A DNA stretch of 63,342 nt from Octopus bimaculoides (GCF_001194135.2 NC_068997.1:4954207-5017548), one strand, 5' to 3'. Shown: positions 12,896 to 25,909, numbered from the stretch's first letter. The notes: a model not told the origin generated them from the letters alone. Program-made: numbers and translations.

Positions 12896-13129
12896 AATTT
12901 TACACGGAAGGGAAACCCAACAGATATTTGATCAGGTGTCTGCCATGAAGTTATGTAAATTAACCTGATTGAAATAATTGCTGTACGTAATTTAGACTGT
13001 CAGAAATCAACACCAGGTTAAATTTAAGTAAGCAGTAAAAACAAGGGAGGTAACTCGTAAGTAATTAAACTGTGCTGGATTCTGGCGCGAAAAATTTTAA
13101 ATCATTTAAACGTTACTGGAACAAATACA

Positions 13130-13155
13130 ATGAAAAGTACCAAAGAATTAGCCAG
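13130..13155 (+). CDS. ERI2: ERI1 exoribonuclease family member 2, exon 1 MKSTKELA(R)
   Basis: ATG at 13130, donor AG|gtaact, phase 2 matches exon 2. Resembles the vertebrate start MATKRLARQLG. Confidence 0.8.
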
Positions 13156-13485
13156 GTAACTATTGCAAAAATAAGTTTTCAATCTTCTGGTTAAACTAAG
13201 GATTAATAATGATCTCTATTTTAAACGTATTTACTTAAAATTCTGAACTATGTGTAATTATGGTAGTTTGTTATTGAAATGGCATATTCCATCGTTCAAA
13301 ATGTTTCGGATTATTTGAAGTAGTCGGTGGAATACCTGGCGCCCTTCTTTAACACCACAGAATGACTTCTCTTGTAGTACGTGAAACCGAAGAATCATTG
13401 AATATTTCCAAAATTCAAGACAGCACCAGACGTTGATATACGTACTTCTTTAACTATTTCAAATGATTATTGTAATATAATGGGA

Positions 13486-13933
13486 GGTAGAGACGGACTA
13501 TATGTAATCTGAACCTTCCTCCCCCCCTTATTAATTAATTTTTTTTACGGAATCCCACGTTTTAGTCTATGGAGATTCCGAGGCTGAAACGTTAGAAGCT
13601 GCAATCATAGAAAATGTGGAGCCACCAACTACGATTTTCACGGATATGTGGCCCAGTTACCAAAATCTTCAGAAACTGGGATACATTCGTGGTACCGTGA
13701 GCCATTCATGGAATTTTGTTGATCCCGTTAGTGGGGTATGTACCAATAATGTAGAGGCATTCTGGTCACGGATAAAACGTGGACTGAAATACAAAAGTGG
13801 ATCATGTGGTAACATGAAATGGTTACATATTGATGAGGCAATGTACCGTGATTATTACGATATGAAATGTGAAAATTCGTGGGAGAACTTTCAGACATTT
13901 ATCAAGCACATAGCCAAAATATATTCACAGTGA
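13486..13933 (+). mobile_element. Merlin/IS1595 (ISXO2-like) transposon remnant: left TIR joined to the transposase C-terminus
   Basis: IIENVEPPTTIFTDMWPSY...TVSHSWNFVDPVSGVCTNNVEAFWSRIK is the IS1595/Merlin DDE C-terminal signature. The TIR ggtagagacggactatatgtaatctgaacc is shared with the MITE at 52015. No right TIR was found. Confidence 0.85.
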
Positions 13934-15553
13934 TTTCAGAAAGGTAAAGGTTACAGTTTTTTTTTGTTTTCTTTTTTTGCTTTCGAATTTTGTTACAGGC
14001 TTTTTTTAAAATTTATTATTTTGTATTTTTCGTTTTCGAATATATGTTCTCTGATAAAAAGCGTGAAACTCGCAGTTCAACTTTCTGAGTAAATGCAAGA
14101 TTTGGATTGTCCGCGTTTAGCTGTTATTTCTAGCATATCAAGTTTCGTGGTGGGGACTCCACATGCCGTGATCCTTTTGCTGTTTCAATATAAATGTAAG
14201 CCGTTCATTTTCACATCTAAGTTGCGAGGGAGCTATTCGTACGACCTGGACATGTAGAACACAATGTCAGAAATGAAAATCGCCAAAAAAAAAAGTTTGG
14301 GAGGGGGAATCGCATGATTGTGATATGTAGAACACATTATCGAAAGCGAGAATCGCCAAAATGAAAATATAAAAAAGTTACAGTTTTCCCTCAGTGTCTA
14401 ATCCCAATGTGCACCGCCACATGTTTTAGGGGAGGGAGCTATAGATCAGGACGGCTGTTTGATGGAATTTTTGGATGAAAATGCCTGGTGGTATTTTGTT
14501 ATATCCCTTTACATCCTGAGTTCAAGACCTCTTCATCCTTCTGGAGCCGATAATATAAAGTTACCAGATCTTGGAAAAGATCCCAGTCAAGTACTGAAGG
14601 CCGATTAAATTCCTGCAAGGTATTCTGGATGTAAACAGAATGGAATTGTAATCAATGATGAAAATGAGCGTTAAAACTAAGAGTATGCTAAAGTCCAGAG
14701 GCTAAGATTGAGAAGGTAGGGCACCACCTTTGTGAACTGAAAAAGTAGAACACTTTCCTCCTAATGTACCCCACTATCTCCATCACTGGTTACAAAAGAA
14801 GCTTAAATCAAGCTCACTACGTAACTTATTTTATCAAGGTCCTCTCCTTGTACCATCAGTGAACGGCAAGCAAAGTTGATTCGAAGCGACATAACTAAAT
14901 GCCGCAAGGCATATTTCGCCTGTCGCTCTTTTTATCCATTGCTCGCCATGCACTAGTTGTCAAACTGAAATACCCACTACACATCCGTGTCTTTTAAGGA
15001 GAAAACCAAGTAGACTTAGAATCCATATAACTCCTCTCTTGCTATAACGCTGGACAAGTTTAAAAAGCTTCACAACAGAATAAACTCAGCTAAAATTACC
15101 TAAAGACCAAATGGTGGTGTTAAACTAGACAAGAGATAAATTTGCCACCCAAGGACTCAGAATGTAAAAAACTACAACAGATGCTGCAGAAAATCTCTTT
15201 CAAAACTCTAACAATTCTGCCAATCCACCATTCTAGATGACTAGTATTTCATTTTATCAATCTTGAAAGGCTGAAAGCCAAATCAAGCTAGGTGAGATTT
15301 AAGTAAATATCACAAGATATTTTCTTTGCTGCTCTCCCAATTAAGTTGAGTCTGTCATTTTCTCTTCTGTGAGGCACAATATTGTGATGTCTAACCTCAC
15401 CACTTCTTCCTATTGTTGCTTTCTGTTCCCTCTTTTATTTATTTTTTGTTTACCAGCTATAGTGCACCTGCACATTGCATACGATTAGCTCATTATTATT
15501 ATTTTCGTCTTTGACAACAATGTTAATACATTTCTTATTGCTTTCACTTTTAG

Positions 15554-15624
15554 AGAGCTTGGCTTCCTTCGAAAACGTCTTCTAACGTCTCCAGCAAACA
15601 AAAAGGTGAAACGGCATAAAATAA
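15554..15624 (+). CDS. ERI2: ERI2 exon 2 (R)ELGFLRKRLLTSPANKKVKRHKI
   Basis: Acceptor cttttag, donor A|gtaagt. 71 nt; phases 2/1 fit both neighbouring exons. Confidence 0.85.
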
Positions 15625-16195
15625 GTAAGTATATTAGACTATTTAATTCATCAACATTTAACATTTGCGTTTTTATGCTGGTATGAATTGGACAAGTCTC
15701 ACAGCATCTGTGGTCCATTTTTTATCTACTGCGCTAAAACAGAGGAGAGCAGCCATCTTTGTTACACTACAGAGGTTATTGCCAACAGTGTAACCCAACC
15801 CTTACATTGTCTCCATTTTTTTTTTCCATTGTGGAGAGGCATGATTTTAACAGATAAATGCTCTTCTGTCTCCAAGCACTTTCTGCATAAACTGGGTGCA
15901 TCTTAATGTGCCACTGGCACTAGAGTCACTACCACGAGTTGTTTCTAGCAAGACTGAAGATTCCTTTCAACCATACATTACTTCTGCCCTTTCTCTTCTT
16001 TGACATGATTTTTGCAAAGAGAGAGATCACCTCCATCAAAACTGTTTCTTGGGAAAAGATATTTTGATTATTTTGTTCTGAGAAGTTTGATCCCAGAACA
16101 TAAAGAGATAAACTAAATTCCACATTGTTTTAGTCCAATGATCTACCAATTCTGGCATCCATTCACCATCCTGACTTTTTTTCTGTTAATTTCAG

Positions 16196-16276
16196 TTCAA
16201 ACCTTCGATTATCTGATAGTGATGGATTTTGAATCAACATGCTGGAGTAACATGAAAATGAAGCCACAAGAAATCA
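16196..16276 (+). CDS. ERI2: ERI2 exon 3 (I)QTFDYLIVMDFESTCWSNMKMKPQEI
   Basis: ExoI motif DFESTC; ag/gt boundaries; 81 nt. Confidence 0.97.
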
Positions 16277-16586
16277 GTAAGAGAGAATTTCTTTGTCAGA
16301 ATATGTTTGGAAATGTTGAAATGTAATGGTTTATTTTAGATAGTGGCGGTAGAGTGGCATAATGGATCTAGGTGTAGAGAGGACAAGAAAGTGAGAGCAG
16401 AGACTTAGCATAACTTGTGGGACCAGTTGATAATCCCTGAAACCAGAACTTGATCTTGTTTGTGCTCACAAGTGCCATTTTAGTCATGACACAGGAGAAG
16501 GAAACACAATAACCAAGCTAACTTAGGGTGTAGGGAGAGTACAACTCGAAGACAAAGTCTAACTTCTATTTTCTGGTCAATTTCAG

Positions 16587-16714
16587 TTGAATTTCCCGCC
16601 GTGCTACTCAATGCTTCTACAGGAATAATTGTTGCTGAATTCCAACAATATGTTATGCCCGAAGAATGTCCCATTCTAAGTAAATTTTGTCAAGAACTAA
16701 CTGGGATTTCACAA
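16587..16714 (+). CDS. ERI2: ERI2 exon 4 (I)EFPAVLLNASTGIIVAEFQQYVMPEECPILSKFCQELTGISQ
   Basis: The conserved IEFPAV...LS.FC.ELTGI block; ttcag / gtgagt; 128 nt. Confidence 0.97.
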
Positions 16715-18279
16715 GTGAGTGTATGTTTGTTTTTGTTATGTGTGTGTGAGTGTGTGTATGTCGCCTTTATTTGAAGGTGATGAAACTTTGAGTCGCAAAA
16801 GAGTGAGCCATAATCTTGAAGTGAATAAAGTGTGTTCTGTGTATTGATTGATTTTTCTCTCATTTGTACACCCAAAACACAAATCTATTTCATTGCCATG
16901 CAATACTCATCTTTTTTGTTTTACACATGTTGACAATGGACCTGTTAGAAAAGCAGGTAAGTCTCTATCAAATCACCCCCTAGTGGGTTTGAAGAAAAAA
17001 TGCAATGGATAATGTATTTCTAGCTGTACTACATCTGGAAAAATGACAGGATGGTCACAATTCGAACATTTTTTATTATAGGTCTGATTAATGCGAGTTG
17101 ACCTGGAGTTTAAACACTGGTGACATTTAAGGTATACAAGCCAGTGCAACCACCTCTATGTGATCACTTGCCTACTAAAAATAATATCTAAAATTCCCTC
17201 AACATATTTTTCTATTTTGAAAAAAGGAAGGCTACATTGTGTGTAGTCTATTTACATTAGAGGCCCCTATAAGTCAGGGTTTGACCATGTATTTGCACCT
17301 TAGAAACCTTACCCATATACAGGGAACTGGGTAAGGTATTTTATTTTGGAAGACTAACAACTTCCCATGCAGTTAATGTCTCCACCACTAATACTGGTTC
17401 TAGATTTTGGTACAAGGCCAGCATTTTTGGAGTAGGAGCAAAGTTGATTACATCAACCCAGTGCTCAACTGGTACTTATTTTATTGACCCTGAAAGGATG
17501 GCTGAAAGACAAAGTTGACCCCAGTGGATTTTGAACTCAGGACGAACAAAATGTCAATTAGCATTTTAGTTGGCGTGCTAATGATTCTACCAGCTCATTG
17601 CCTTCTCCCACCACCAATATTGTCCAAAAGAAAGTTCAGTATCAATATAGCCTGACATCAGTATGATTACCAACAAACTTGGGATGTAAATACCATAACG
17701 TATTTTGTCCAATGTTCTAATGCCAATCCAACCACCCTGAGCTGGTATTATATATTGTTGACCCCAAAAGGATGAAAGGCAATGTAGACCTTAGCAGGAT
17801 TTGGACTCAGAATGTAAAATGTTGGAACAAATACTACAAGAATCCGTCTGATGCTCTAACAATTCTACTGATCCACTGTTTTTATTTACACTATATCTGA
17901 ATATAAGATGGGGTAGTCATGGCTTGGTGCCTTTAATTATAGACCTATGAGATCAAAGCCGACTTAAGGTAAATGTATCATGGCCCCAGTACTAGAGAGG
18001 TGGTCTTGCCCTCGACATCACTAAAATGTCTTAACTCCATGTTGTCTTCACTTGTTTATCAACCACTTTACAAAGTGTCAACCAACACTAACGAGGTTAC
18101 CTTATATCATATATACAGTAGAATGTTACTTGTCATATGATGTATGTGTGATTATAGACATATTTTTATATACAGAACTATTTAAAGTTTGGGTGTTACA
18201 TTGAGCAGGTTATGTGATTATGTAGAAGCTTTCTGATTGATCAAATACTAAGAATTACTTTAAAATGGTTTGCTTCCAG

Positions 18280-18424
18280 CATCAAGTTGATAATGGAGTT
18301 CCATTGAGACTGTGCCTGAAAATGTTCAAGGATTGGCTTATGAAACTTAGTCGAGAAAAAGGAATCAAATTTTCTCCAAGTCAAGAAGACCAAAGTGGCC
18401 TTACTACCTTTGTTACTTGGTCAG
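18280..18424 (+). CDS. ERI2: ERI2 exon 5 HQVDNGVPLRLCL...TFVTWS(D)
   Basis: ttccag / G|gtaaat; 145 nt; FVTWSDWD (ExoII) spans the junction. Confidence 0.95.
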
Positions 18425-19805
18425 GTAAATTCTGTTTTGCATTTTTTTGTATGTCTTCATTTTTATCACCTTTTTTTTTCACCCTTAACCATTTTGTTAT
18501 CAAATCTCTATTGAAATGCACTGCATTTCTTTCAATTAATTTCGAAAATACAGAAAAATTTACTAAAATATTTTTGTCATTATTAAGCTGGTGATTAGAA
18601 CAAATTAACATGAAGTTTTTGATGATAGGTTTTAATTTAGGTCACTTTAAAATGGGAAGGTTGTGTTATTGAACCAAGGGCAGTTTCAAATAGGTTGGTA
18701 CCAAAAAGGTTGCAAGACAACTATACTGATCTATTGCTCCTGAGCACATATCTTCAAGGTATCTTGAGCACAAACCTTAACTTTTCTATGGCAGCCAAAT
18801 TTTTCTCAACTCACATCATACATCATCATCATTTAACATGTTTTCTATGCTGGCATGGGTTAGACGGTTTGACTGGTAAGCCAGAGAGCTGCAAAACACA
18901 GGCTCCAGTCTGTTTTAGCCTGGGTTCTACAGCTGCATGGTCTTCTTAATGCCAACCACTCCACAGAGTGTACTGGTGTCTTTTATGTGAAAGCATGTCT
19001 ACCCCCTGGTTAGACATGCTTTCACAGAAGATTGGAAACAAAACATTGCTTGGATCACAGTGGTACTCGTTTACAACTATTGTGTGATGTCAAAACAAAG
19101 GTAAACACACACACAGTATCTAAAAAAAAAGGAATTAGTAATGACTGTGATGTCATCATAAGTCTTGTCTGTGAGGCAGTAGCAACACACACACACACAC
19201 AAACACCAAAAAAAGAAAAAAAACAAACGCTATTTAGTACCTCAAGAGTGACATTGTTGGGAATTCATGTAGAATTGATAATTCTTTAAACCATATTCCC
19301 TCACAATACCATAGTAATTTCAGTGTCTACAGTTAGCAGGTGGTGGATGGTTTGGTAGGGTGGATGGAATAATCAGTGGAACACCAGACAGACTGCTATG
19401 TGATATTTTATGTCCCTTAATCTTCTGAATTTTAATCCTTTTGGGTTTTTCATTCATCTCATATCAATGAAATAAGTACCAGTCACATACTGGGGTTGAA
19501 CTAGTTGACAGACAATATATGTCTATAGGGAGGGTAGTAAGGTGCTTAGTAGCATTTCATCCAACTTTGCATTCTGAGTTCAAATTCCACTGGTGTCTGC
19601 TTTGCTTTCCATCCTCTCAGGGTCTATAATATTATAAGTACCAGCTGATCATTGGGGTTAATATAATCAACTTACTCCCTCCCCGGAATTTGTTGGCCTT
19701 GGGCCAAAAATTTGAAGCCAATATATGTCTACCAGTTGAGGACTGGCTAATGACCTAGGGCTAAACAACAACAACAGTGACAGTTTCTATGTTTATCTTT
19801 TGTAG

Positions 19806-19906
19806 ATTGGGATCTATCATTGTGTCTGAGAAATGAATGTCGCCGTAAACAGCTGTGGAAACCAGTGGAATTGAACCAATGGATTGATCTGAGAGCCACA
19901 TATAAG
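19806..19906 (+). CDS. ERI2: ERI2 exon 6 (D)WDLSLCLRNECRRKQLWKPVELNQWIDLRATYK
   Basis: tttgtag / gtaaaa; 101 nt; WIDLRATYK matches the vertebrate ERI2 sequence. Confidence 0.97.
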
Positions 19907-20857
19907 GTAAAACGTTTATTGGTTTTAATGCCACACCTTCCCCACCACACATATGTACTGAAGCCCCACTCTGTAAAAAGGGATTTTAGTCTTCTAGACT
20001 GCATAGTGACCTCACTGGTGCTGGTACCACTGAAAATAAGCACCCATTACATGCTGTAAGTTGGTTGGCATTAGGAAGGGCACCCACCTGTGTAAACTAT
20101 GCCAAACTGAACTGCAATGCTCATCAGATCCTGTCAAACTGTCTGACACATGACAGCATGGAAAACACATTAAGTGGTGCTTATTGTATGGTGGTGGTGG
20201 TTGTGTTGATGGAGAAGAAGGAAAAGAAATTCTAAAAATGACCCAGAATCAAGAGATTTAAAGTAAACCTAACAAGGACTAAAATCTCAGCTGGAAAGAA
20301 GACAAGATTCTTTTACCGTCTGGAAAGTGGATGTGCCTGATATGTAGAAGGGTAAATAGGGATTTCAAAACATGTACTCAATGTAAGCTATGGGTACATA
20401 GCAGGTGTATTTGGATCACAGGTAAATTCACAGTAATGGAAGACTTCATATGTGGCAGATACACAAGAAAAGTTAGTAATAATGATACCTAGGGATAAAT
20501 TCTTTCAAATCATTGCCTGAAGAACCATTTATGGTGAAACTATTTGTTCTAATGGGCTGAAGAATAATTCAGCTTTTGAATAGAAATATATAGATACATG
20601 CATACATAAAACACACACACGCACATAAATATACAACCTTGTCACACAGTGTTATGCTAATTCTACCTGACAGTTGACTGTTACTCTAAGAGTACACATG
20701 TCTGTGGAATACTCAGTCACTTACTCTGCAAACCAATGAGTACACAGTTCAATGAAACAAACCACTGATAAACTCTTTGTTGCACCAAGTCAAGGATCCA
20801 TTCCTTCCTCTCCATTTCTTTAAAAAAATCTTTCACTTTTAAAATATTTATTTTCAG

Positions 20858-20939
20858 AATTTCTACAGCAGAAAACCTAATGGTTTAAATGGTGCTCTCC
20901 AAGAAGTTGGTATTTCATTCCATGGACGACAACACTCAG
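20858..20939 (+). CDS. ERI2: ERI2 exon 7 NFYSRKPNGLNGALQEVGISFHGRQHS(G)
   Basis: ttttcag / G|gtaaag; 82 nt; carries the catalytic His (QHSG). Confidence 0.97.
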
Positions 20940-22112
20940 GTAAAGCATTTCTCTACAAATTTATCCTTTGAAATATGCTTCCACACACTTTTAATGTAGG
21001 CCATTCTTGTTGTTTAATGAACAGTCAGTCTCATTCTTCTAGAGCTTGGATCAAAGATGTTCTACCCGTCCTGCCTTTTACTTAGACATAGTGTATGTGA
21101 GATTTCCTGTTTTTTTTTTGTGGGTATTTTTATAGTAAAATGTGATTTAAGGAAGATTTAACTGCTATCTCTTGCAGTGTGAAGTGAGCATAATGAAACT
21201 CCCTAATTGTTGGTGTTGCTTAGCAACTCTAAACCTGTTGACCTATGATTAAAAATATTCCAACTGTGTCAACTCTTTTATTTAAAGGCAGTAAGATGAG
21301 ATTTGGATGACATTCAGCTGCTATTTCTATAGGATCAGAAACCATGTAGAAGTTCCCTTGTTTATCACCTGATCAGATCTGGTCAAGTAAACCTATGATC
21401 AAAGGTATTTCTGCTGAAATCATTTCTTTCCTGAGACATGATACTGTAGCAAAACGTGGCTTCCCTTCTGTGTCAACACAGCTCCAACAGCAAAAGTTAG
21501 CAGCAGACCACAGACTAGCCCAGAAAGCCAGCTTGCCCTGAGAAGAAGTCATGCACAGCTAGGTGTCTTCAGAACACACATCTCGTGGAATGTAGTTCTT
21601 TGTTAATTAGTTTCACACTGACTGGCTTCTACTTACTACTTGCCTCCACACAAAGACTAGGCCCTCCTTATAGACTTGTGCATTAATCTAGGATCTTCTA
21701 AACAGTCACGTGACTTTGTAACTTCTAGAACTTTATTCTTAACCAATCAGCTTTCTGGCTGCTTGGTAAGGCCCCCCCCCCATTCCCACCATACATCATC
21801 TGACCATATGAGACATGTCATTTATTACATGACATAATTCTGGAATTTTCTGTGACACTCTAACATGATGCAATATTACAGAGTGATTTCACAAAAAGCT
21901 AAACAATATTATGTAATTATTGCACAGAAAACTAAACAACTTCACAAATTTACTGTAGAAAATCATAGTTAAGTTAATACAAACATAACTTATTCTCTCC
22001 TTCATAACAATATCTATGAATAACTTCATAAATTGACCATAGAAAATCATAGTTAAGTTAATACAAGCACCACCACCACCATCATCATCTTTCTGTTGTT
22101 TTATTTATTAAG

Positions 22113-22201
22113 GTTTGGATGATGCCCGAAATACAGCCTGTCTGGCCTGGAAAATGATCCAAGATGGATGCTTAATGAAAATAACTAAAACTCTGTCAGA
22201 G
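22113..22201 (+). CDS. ERI2: ERI2 exon 8 (G)LDDARNTACLAWKMIQDGCLMKITKTLSE
   Basis: ExoIII HSGLDDARNT; attaag / GAG|gtatat; 89 nt; ends in phase 0. Confidence 0.95.
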
Positions 22202-22644
22202 GTATATTTAAAAAAAATTTTCAAGATACATTACATACTGATAGATGTCACTGTTCTTTTTTTTATCTTTTCTCTTATAGGCACAGGCATGGCTGGGTAG
22301 TTAAGAAGCTCGGTTTGCAACCACACAGTTTCAATTTCAGTCCTACTGCACATTATCTTGGACTAGTGTCTTCTCCTGTAGCTCAGGGCTGACCAATGCC
22401 TCATTTTTGCCAGCTGAGTGGACTGGTGTAACATGAAATAAAGTGTCTTGCTCAAGGACACTGTGCCGCCAGGAATTGAACTCACAACCTCATGAACTTG
22501 AGGCGATTACCATAATTACTAAACCACATGCCTTCACTTAGCTACAGTACAGACTGAAACAAGTAAAAGATATTACCTGCACTATTATTGACCTATTTAC
22601 ATTTCAACCCATGCTAGCATGGAAAGCGGACGTTAAACGATGAT

Positions 22645-22856
22645 GACGGATATTTGTTCTCATTTTGTTTGTTGTTAACACAACGTTTCAACTGATATAC
22701 CCTCCAGCCTTCATCAGGTGTCTTGGGGAAATTTCGAACCTGGGTTCTCATTCCTAAGGTATTTTTCAATGTTGTTAATATTATTATTACTATTACTGTT
22801 AATATTCAGGTCACTGCTTGGAATCGAACTCGGAATCTTGGGGTTAGTAGCCCGCG
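22645..22856 (-). mobile_element. tRNA-headed SINE-like element with a minimal hammerhead ribozyme in its 3' half (copy 1, ERI2 intron 8)
   Basis: The minus strand reads an anticodon/T-arm-like gggctactaaccccaagattccgagttcgattcc (B box 22820-22831), then an (AAT)-rich spacer, then GACAC-CTGATGA-A-GGCTG..CAGTT-GAAAC-GTT-GTGTT (22677-22722). Confidence 0.75.
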
Positions 22857-22959
22857 AACAAGCTTATATTTCATCATTGTCTGTACACCAACTAATAAAA
22901 GACAAAAAAAATCATCCAGCTATATAACCTGTTGTTCTAATAATTTATGACGCATGCGT

Positions 22960-23785
22960 ACGAACAACCATGCTACATGGCAGTGAAACATGGGCTGTAA
23001 CTGCTGAGGACATACGTAAGCTCGCAAGGAATGAAGCCAGTATGCTCCGTTGGATGTGTAATGTCAATGTGAATACCCGTCAGAGTGTAAGTATCTTGAG
23101 AGAAAAGCTGAACATTAGAAGCATCAGTTGTGGCGTGCAAGAGAGACGATTGCGCTGGTATGGACATGTGGTGAGAATGGAGGAGGATAGCTGCGTGAAA
23201 AAGTGCCACACCCTAACAGTTGAGGGAACCCGTGGAAGAGGTAGGCCCAGGAAGACCTGGGCTGAGGTGGTGAGGCAAGACCTTNNNNNNNNNNNNNNNN
23301 NNNNNNNNNNNNNNNNNNNNNNNNNNNNNNNNNNNNNNNNNNNNNNNNNNNNNNNNNNNNNNNNNNNNNNNNNNNNNNNNNNNNNNNNNNNNNNNNNNNN
23401 NNNNNNNNNNNNNNNNNNNNNNNNNNNNNNNNNNNNNNNNNNNNNNNNNNNNNNNNNNNNNNNNNNNNNNNNNNNNNNNNNNNNNNNNNNNNNNNNNNNN
23501 NNNNNNNNNNNNNNNNNNNNNNNNNNNNNNNNNNNNNNNNNNNNNNNNNNNNNNNNNNNNNNNNNNNNNNNNNNNNNNNNNNNNTGCGGGTGACACGTAA
23601 AAGCACCCACTACACTCTCTGAGTGGTTGGCGTTAGGAAGGGCATCCAGCTGTAGAAACTCTGCCATATCAGACTGGAGCCTGGTGTTGCCATCCGGTTT
23701 CACCAGTCCTCAGTCAAATCGTCCAACCCATGCTAGCATGGAAAGCGGACGTTAAACGATGATGATGATGATGATGATGATGATC
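22960..23785 (+). mobile_element. RTE-clade LINE 3' fragment with gap and (GAT)n tail
   Basis: MLHGSETWAVT...RLRWYGHVVRME...GRGRPRKTW is a typical RTE RT C-terminus; conserved 3' UTR and gatgatgat tail. Confidence 0.9.
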
Positions 23786-24629
23786 ACTCACCTGAAATTG
23801 TCCTATTTCTAGTCTGTGTTAACTTGAGAGAAAACAAGAAAATATTCTCAATAAAGAAATATTGACTTTTTTGTGTGTGGTTTTTGCATTTCATGAAACA
23901 ATTCCATTTGTCTAAATAACATTTTGTGATTCATTTTCCTGTTAGAATGGAGGTCATGTGAAAACCAGGGCACTGAGATAACAAATGCCCTCTTCAGTTG
24001 GAACATTTAAAGGCAGCCATATTATATGTATATATAAAACAAATTGGCTCTCATGCTAAAGTAAAACTAAACAAACCCTTTATTATATTTTTTTGGTAAG
24101 TATGAGTAAGGGATCATTAAAAAAGAGAGAGAGAGAGAGAGGGGGGTAAACAAAGACAAAAGCAAATATTGTGGGGCCTTTTGTTAATCACAAATGAATT
24201 ATTGGACATTGTGTTAGGTCAGGAGTTTGTTTATGATCAGTAGCTAACTCATTTTAAGTGTATTTTGATGTTTGCTTAAAATTGATTGGGGAAAAAACAA
24301 CAGACATCACAACTGGTTCACCAGAAAAATATCTAGTGGAGGCGATGGCAGTGGCAGCTGTTGAAACCTTTTCTTTGTGGTGTTGTGTTTCTTTCATATT
24401 CTGGCAGAGGAAAGCCCCAATAAGTACCAGTAATATGCTGAGTTTAATTTATTTGACTCTGTCCTCTCCCCTAATGTATGATACTGTACTGATGTGAACA
24501 AAACAATTATGTACAGTGATGTTTGTCTCACCGAAGACTGTCATTGGTTTCCTTTATACTATATTTCAGCCAGTCAATCTGTTTGTTCTCTTTCTCTCTC
24601 TATCTCTCTCTCTCTTTCTCTCTCTCTCT

Positions 24630-24668
<39 letters not shown>

Positions 24669-24822
24669 CTACACACACATACATAGTTAAATAAAATCCA
24701 GGTAAAAAACCTTGCAGAATGCTATACAATGCTCCTGCTACTTGATATGCATCAGGAATTCCATAGAATTTATATTAATAGATAAATGATACAAAATGGG
24801 ATAAACGATATTCTTTATTTAA

Positions 24823-24927
24823 AATCACTACAATTGTTTCAACATATTTTTACACCTTTAGTACATTGACGAGGTGTGTAATCATTATCATACATTCAAG
24901 GTGTAAAATATGCCTCCTCAGGTGATT
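24823..24927 (-). ncRNA. Type I hammerhead ribozyme with an intact catalytic core
   Basis: Minus strand: stem I AAUCAC, CUGAGGA, about 17-bp stem II GGCAUAUUUUACACCUU/AAGGUGUAAAAAUAUGUU, GAAAC-AAUU-GUA, stem I' GUGAUU. Predicted cleavage between 24829 and 24828. Confidence 0.75.
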
Positions 24928-25024
24928 GTTTAAATAACTTCTTCATTAGATCCTTTCGTCATTTCACTCTACGATATTAGCTTTTGTGAAATGATGAGGA
25001 TCTAACAAAGAACTTATTTTAGAC

Positions 25025-25129
25025 AATCACCTGAGGAGGTGCATTTTACACCTTGGATGTATGATAATGATTACACAAAACATCACCAATGTACTAAAGG
25101 TGTAAAAACGTGTCGCAACAATTGTGATT
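25025..25129 (+). pseudogene. Inactivated hammerhead copy (sense to ERI2)
   Basis: AATCAC-CTGAGGA-stem II is retained, but GAAA reads GCAA (25115-25118) and 3 nt around the GUA cleavage site are deleted (gcaacaattgtgatt vs gaaacaattgtagtgatt). Confidence 0.7.
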
Positions 25130-25757
25130 TTAAATAAAGAATGTTGTTCATTCCATTTTCTATCATATATATATATATATATATATAAAATATATAGATG
25201 GAGATATATAGGCTAGTATCTCTTGTGCTAGAAGATGAAGAAAATATTGCAAGTGAAATGTATCAACTGCATATTGTATGTCTGTATTGGAAAACGGATG
25301 TTAATGATGATGTATTAATATTAATGTAAATATTGGTATTAATATTAGTATATATGAAGGCAGCAAGCTAGCTGAATCATTAGCACATTGAGTAAAATGC
25401 TTAGCCGCAGTTCTTCTGACTCTGCTTTGAGTTCAAATTCTACCGTGGTCAATAAAGCATTAGTCAAGTATATAGGAGTCAATGTAATTGACTTGCCCAC
25501 CTCCATAAAATTGCTGGCCTTGTGCCAAAATTTGAAACATTTTAGTATGTATTTGTATTAATATTGGTTTTAACATTATCATTGGTGTATGTATTAATGT
25601 TAGTGTGTTTATTAGTATGTATGTCTATATTGGGATGAATATATCATTTATGGTTCCTGGACTTGGAGTCTAATTTATCAGAAAATATCTACTGCTAGAA
25701 ATATTGTTTCATGTATGACTTGTTTTGATTTATAACTATTGTCTTTTACCATTTCAG

Positions 25758-25867
25758 AACCCAAAGTCCTCAGCGCTAAATAAAAATATCAACAGTTTTA
25801 CTGTAACCAAAGAAAAGCAAAAGACTGTCACATTGCATACTGCACAAACTAAGGTCTCTGGTGGTGG

Positions 25868-25909
<42 letters not shown>

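Larger units (their letters stand above)
24787..25165. repeat. About 380-bp foldback (about 180-bp inverted arms, about 18-nt loop) built from two inverted hammerhead-bearing units
   Basis: The arms 24787-24967 and 24986-25165 are colinear reverse complements, from tgatacaaaatggg...gtcatttcac to gtgaaatgatg...ccattttctatca. Confidence 0.9.

Noticed and set aside
21950-22070. Short direct duplications (tagaaaatcatagttaagttaataca x2; also 32690-32750, 40386-40458, 45150-45510, 57361-57400)
   Set aside because: Ordinary local slippage duplications with no further structure. No regularly spaced repeat-spacer array exists, so nothing CRISPR-like.
22202-22209. ERI2 intron 8 donor GTATATTT as a second U12 intron
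   Set aside because: It lacks the CC at +5/+6, and no CCTTAAC branch site precedes exon 9; treated as U2-type.
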